The notes under the pieces are model-generated. The model did no database searches. It was not told where the DNA came from and worked only from the letters and a program-made list of their open reading frames with translations. Below are positions 61,468 to 64,000 of a stretch of DNA of 64,000 bases, in pieces (position 1 is the stretch's first letter; each line of letters begins with the position of its first letter). A program made the translations under genes and the position numbers. Location of the stretch: positions 17,174,001-17,238,000 of the forward strand of contig NW_024704752.1 of assembly GCF_018977255.1 (NCBI RefSeq), read 5' to 3'. This DNA is from Callorhinchus milii. Taxonomy: Eukaryota.

Positions 61468-62277
61468 CTTGGTTTATTTCTTTTTGTGCAGTTAGTTTCT
61501 GGGCATACTTATATTTTTCACATGTAGCTGTATTCCTTCAGTATTTCTCGTTTCGCTCACCAGTTTAACATGAACGTTTTGGTCATTAATTATGTCATTC
61601 ATTTTCACACTGCACTTTCAAAATAATTGATTATTAAATCCTCATACTTATTAGGCCGCATAGGTATTAGTGACACCAACTATTTCACGCTTTGGGCGAA
61701 ATTCTGGGATGTTGACAGGCTAGAGAACAATTAGCATGACATACAAGGCTCCCTTTACTGTCTGCTAATTCATGTCAAAATAAAATAGCTCCAGGTGAAT
61801 GACATTCAAACAGCAGTGTAGTCAGTTTCACATTTTAAAGAAAAACAACTCTACTTTAATAGCTATTGTGGTAATGTAAAAAGGTCACTGCTTATTTACC
61901 ATTGTTTTCCATTGTGTTCACCCACTCAGCAGGTTTCAGAATCAAAAATAACTCATTCATTTCACGTTTCAGACGAAAACATTTCCTTTCCTGCTCGTAA
62001 TTAATAATCAAAAAGGAAATCTTGCTGCATTTGCTTCCTGACCAACCAAGTGAAGTGTTCCACTTTCTGCTGGGGAGAAAAATTGAATTTCTTGACAGCT
62101 TTCATGAGTTGCATTTCCCAGCATCCACGTTAACTTGATTTCTTACAATAACATTGTATTGCTCAAAGCAATACAGTTCTAACTGTTGGTTTGTACTCAG
62201 TCGACTCAGGTAACGCATCATCTGCTGGGCACATAATGCCACATATTGGGACACATGTGGATGCGACTGCCAGGAAG

Positions 62278-62335
62278 GTGGAAGAACTAGATGGGCCTTG
62301 GTATTTTCTTGTCTAGCATTTCTTATGTTTTTATG
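62278..62335 (+). mobile_element. Probable CR1 3' terminus
   Basis: CTAGATGGGCCTTGG...TTTCTTATGTTTTTATG, a CR1-type stem-loop plus terminal 8-mer repeat. Confidence 0.55.
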
Positions 62336-62433
62336 GCGTGTTTCAATTTTCAGTGTCTACAGTGTAAGAAATACAATACCAGAGTACTCAGTGGGGGGAA
62401 ATCTTACCTGTGAAAAATATCCTACTAGTTATT

Positions 62434-62545
62434 AATAATAATAATAAATCATAATAATCCTTATGTTTGATACAGCACCTTTCATGTCAGGAAAACAACT
62501 GAAAGAGCTTCACAGGATACACTGCACTACGCAATGATTGTGTAC
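62434..62545 (-). mobile_element. Degenerate SINE tail
   Basis: (AAT)n...ATAATCCTTATGTTTGATACAGCACCTTTCATGTC...GCTTCACAGGATACACTG. Confidence 0.75.
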
Positions 62546-63152
62546 TTTATGGATGAGATGGACGTCCAGGCCATTCTATGCTCTGTGAGACAGTGCAATG
62601 CTGCTTTAATGAGGACCAGTGGAGGAAATTGATCAGTTTGATGCACTGATTCGGTTGGAAGATTTTTGAGAGATGTGAAAATTCGTTCCCCTGGGTCCTC
62701 AACAAACTAACCTTGGTTTGGAAAAAATTCCTTCCCCTGGTCATTAGCTGGGCTTGCGGAGGAGAACACACTTGCTTTCAAAATAACAAAAAAGATAATT
62801 GTTTATTTATCTCAGTTGTACAATTGCTGTATTTATCTGTTAAAATTTAAAGGGTCACTGGCCTTAAAATGTGCCACCTCAGGGCACTAGCCTGTGATTC
62901 ACATCAATCAGCATAACGTCTGTCTGGATGGAATGGATGGATGGATTTTGTGCTTTTTTTTGTCTTTTCCAAAGTTCTTGTGCCTGAGGCCTGGAAAGGG
63001 TTCACAATTAAAAAAAGCTTCAGATTTAAATTGGTTGTAGTGTTTGGCCTTGTGTTCCTTAGTTTCTCTGGCAACAGTTTGATCTGAGTTTTCACATCTA
63101 TTTTCGTATGTTAGTTTTTTAAGTTACACAGGAATATACGTGAAAGGAAAAG

Positions 63153-63216
63153 ACCACAGAATCGTAGAACATTACAGCACCAAAGGAGGCCATTCGGCTC
63201 ATCGTGCCTGTGTCAG
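63153..63216 (-). mobile_element. CR1 3' terminus
   Basis: CACAGAATCGTAGAACATTACAGCACCAAAGGAGGCCATTCGGCTCATCGTGCCTGTG. Confidence 0.75.
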
Positions 63217-63970
63217 TGGCAGGATTATTATCAAGTTAAACAAAAACTTTTGTGATTTATCAATGAGGATTTGGGACTCACCAATACTCAAATACTTCAT
63301 GTCTATTCTGCAGTATGGAGTGGATGTAGCGTAAATGCCTTTAATCGTCTAAGTTATTGCCTACTGTTAAACCCTATGACTAAGAATGTGGGAAAGTATG
63401 GAATGAGGAAAAACTATTTGGTCTATCAAGTCTACCTTTTACATGACCGGTGTCCCTTTACCCCAATCTCAGCAGCACAGAAATCATTGTGTCCAGTGGA
63501 GAGCATAATAAATTTTACGGAGGGGGAAAAAAAATGTGTTGACTCCCGACTTGTAAATAAATCTAAATTGAATTGCAGTCCCAAATGCCAGGATTTTTAC
63601 TAGCAGCGATTTCTCGCCAGTCTTGACCTGCTTGTCTGGCGGAAGAAGAAAGCCAGTCCACAAGGATCCATTATCACATCAGTCAATCGAACCATCTGAT
63701 AAATCAACCTGAGCAGCTGTATTGACCATATTTACAGCGATGTCTGCATAATAGTTGTCTCTCCACAGTGATTGAGAGTGACTACAGAGGTGTGGGACAA
63801 TGGGAGATGAGACAAATTAAGCAAAACAAGATGCATAGTCATATAAAAAGAACTTTATTGCATTAGAAACCCGACAAGCCTATCGGAGACTCTTTTGTTT
63901 AACTACTGGGAAGATTTTTTTTTCTTAATTAAGTGGTTTGTTTGGGTAACCCGAGGCCTTAAGGTTCCAT

Positions 63971-64000
63971 ACAACAACAACAACAACCGCAAGATTACAT
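63971..64000 (-). mobile_element. Probable start of an L2-type tail cut by the window edge
   Basis: (ACA)n followed by CAAGATTACAT, compare CAAGATTCCATT at 54612. Confidence 0.45.

Overview
AT-rich eukaryotic non-coding DNA (intron or intergenic) with no recognisable protein-coding gene, rRNA, true tRNA gene or CRISPR array. The short ORFs in the track are mostly chance ORFs or SINE/LINE read-throughs. The repeats are tRNA-derived SINEs with L2-type tails, Deu-domain SINEs, L2 and CR1 LINE 3' fragments and LF-SINE-like relics. This mix points to a cartilaginous fish, possibly a chimaera such as Callorhinchus (inference). Main points of interest: (1) the SINEs look modular, with shared heads, central domains and tails in different combinations; (2) two L2 tail fragments are nested inside SINEs with visible target-site duplications; (3) an unclassified ~100-135 bp repeat occurs three times; (4) a GC-rich island near 15 kb has exon-like splice signals on both strands; (5) repeat-poor blocks have the look of conserved enhancers, and there are a few motif clusters and hairpins. 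Repeat boundaries were read by eye and are approximate. Family names rest on recalled consensus sequences, not database searches.
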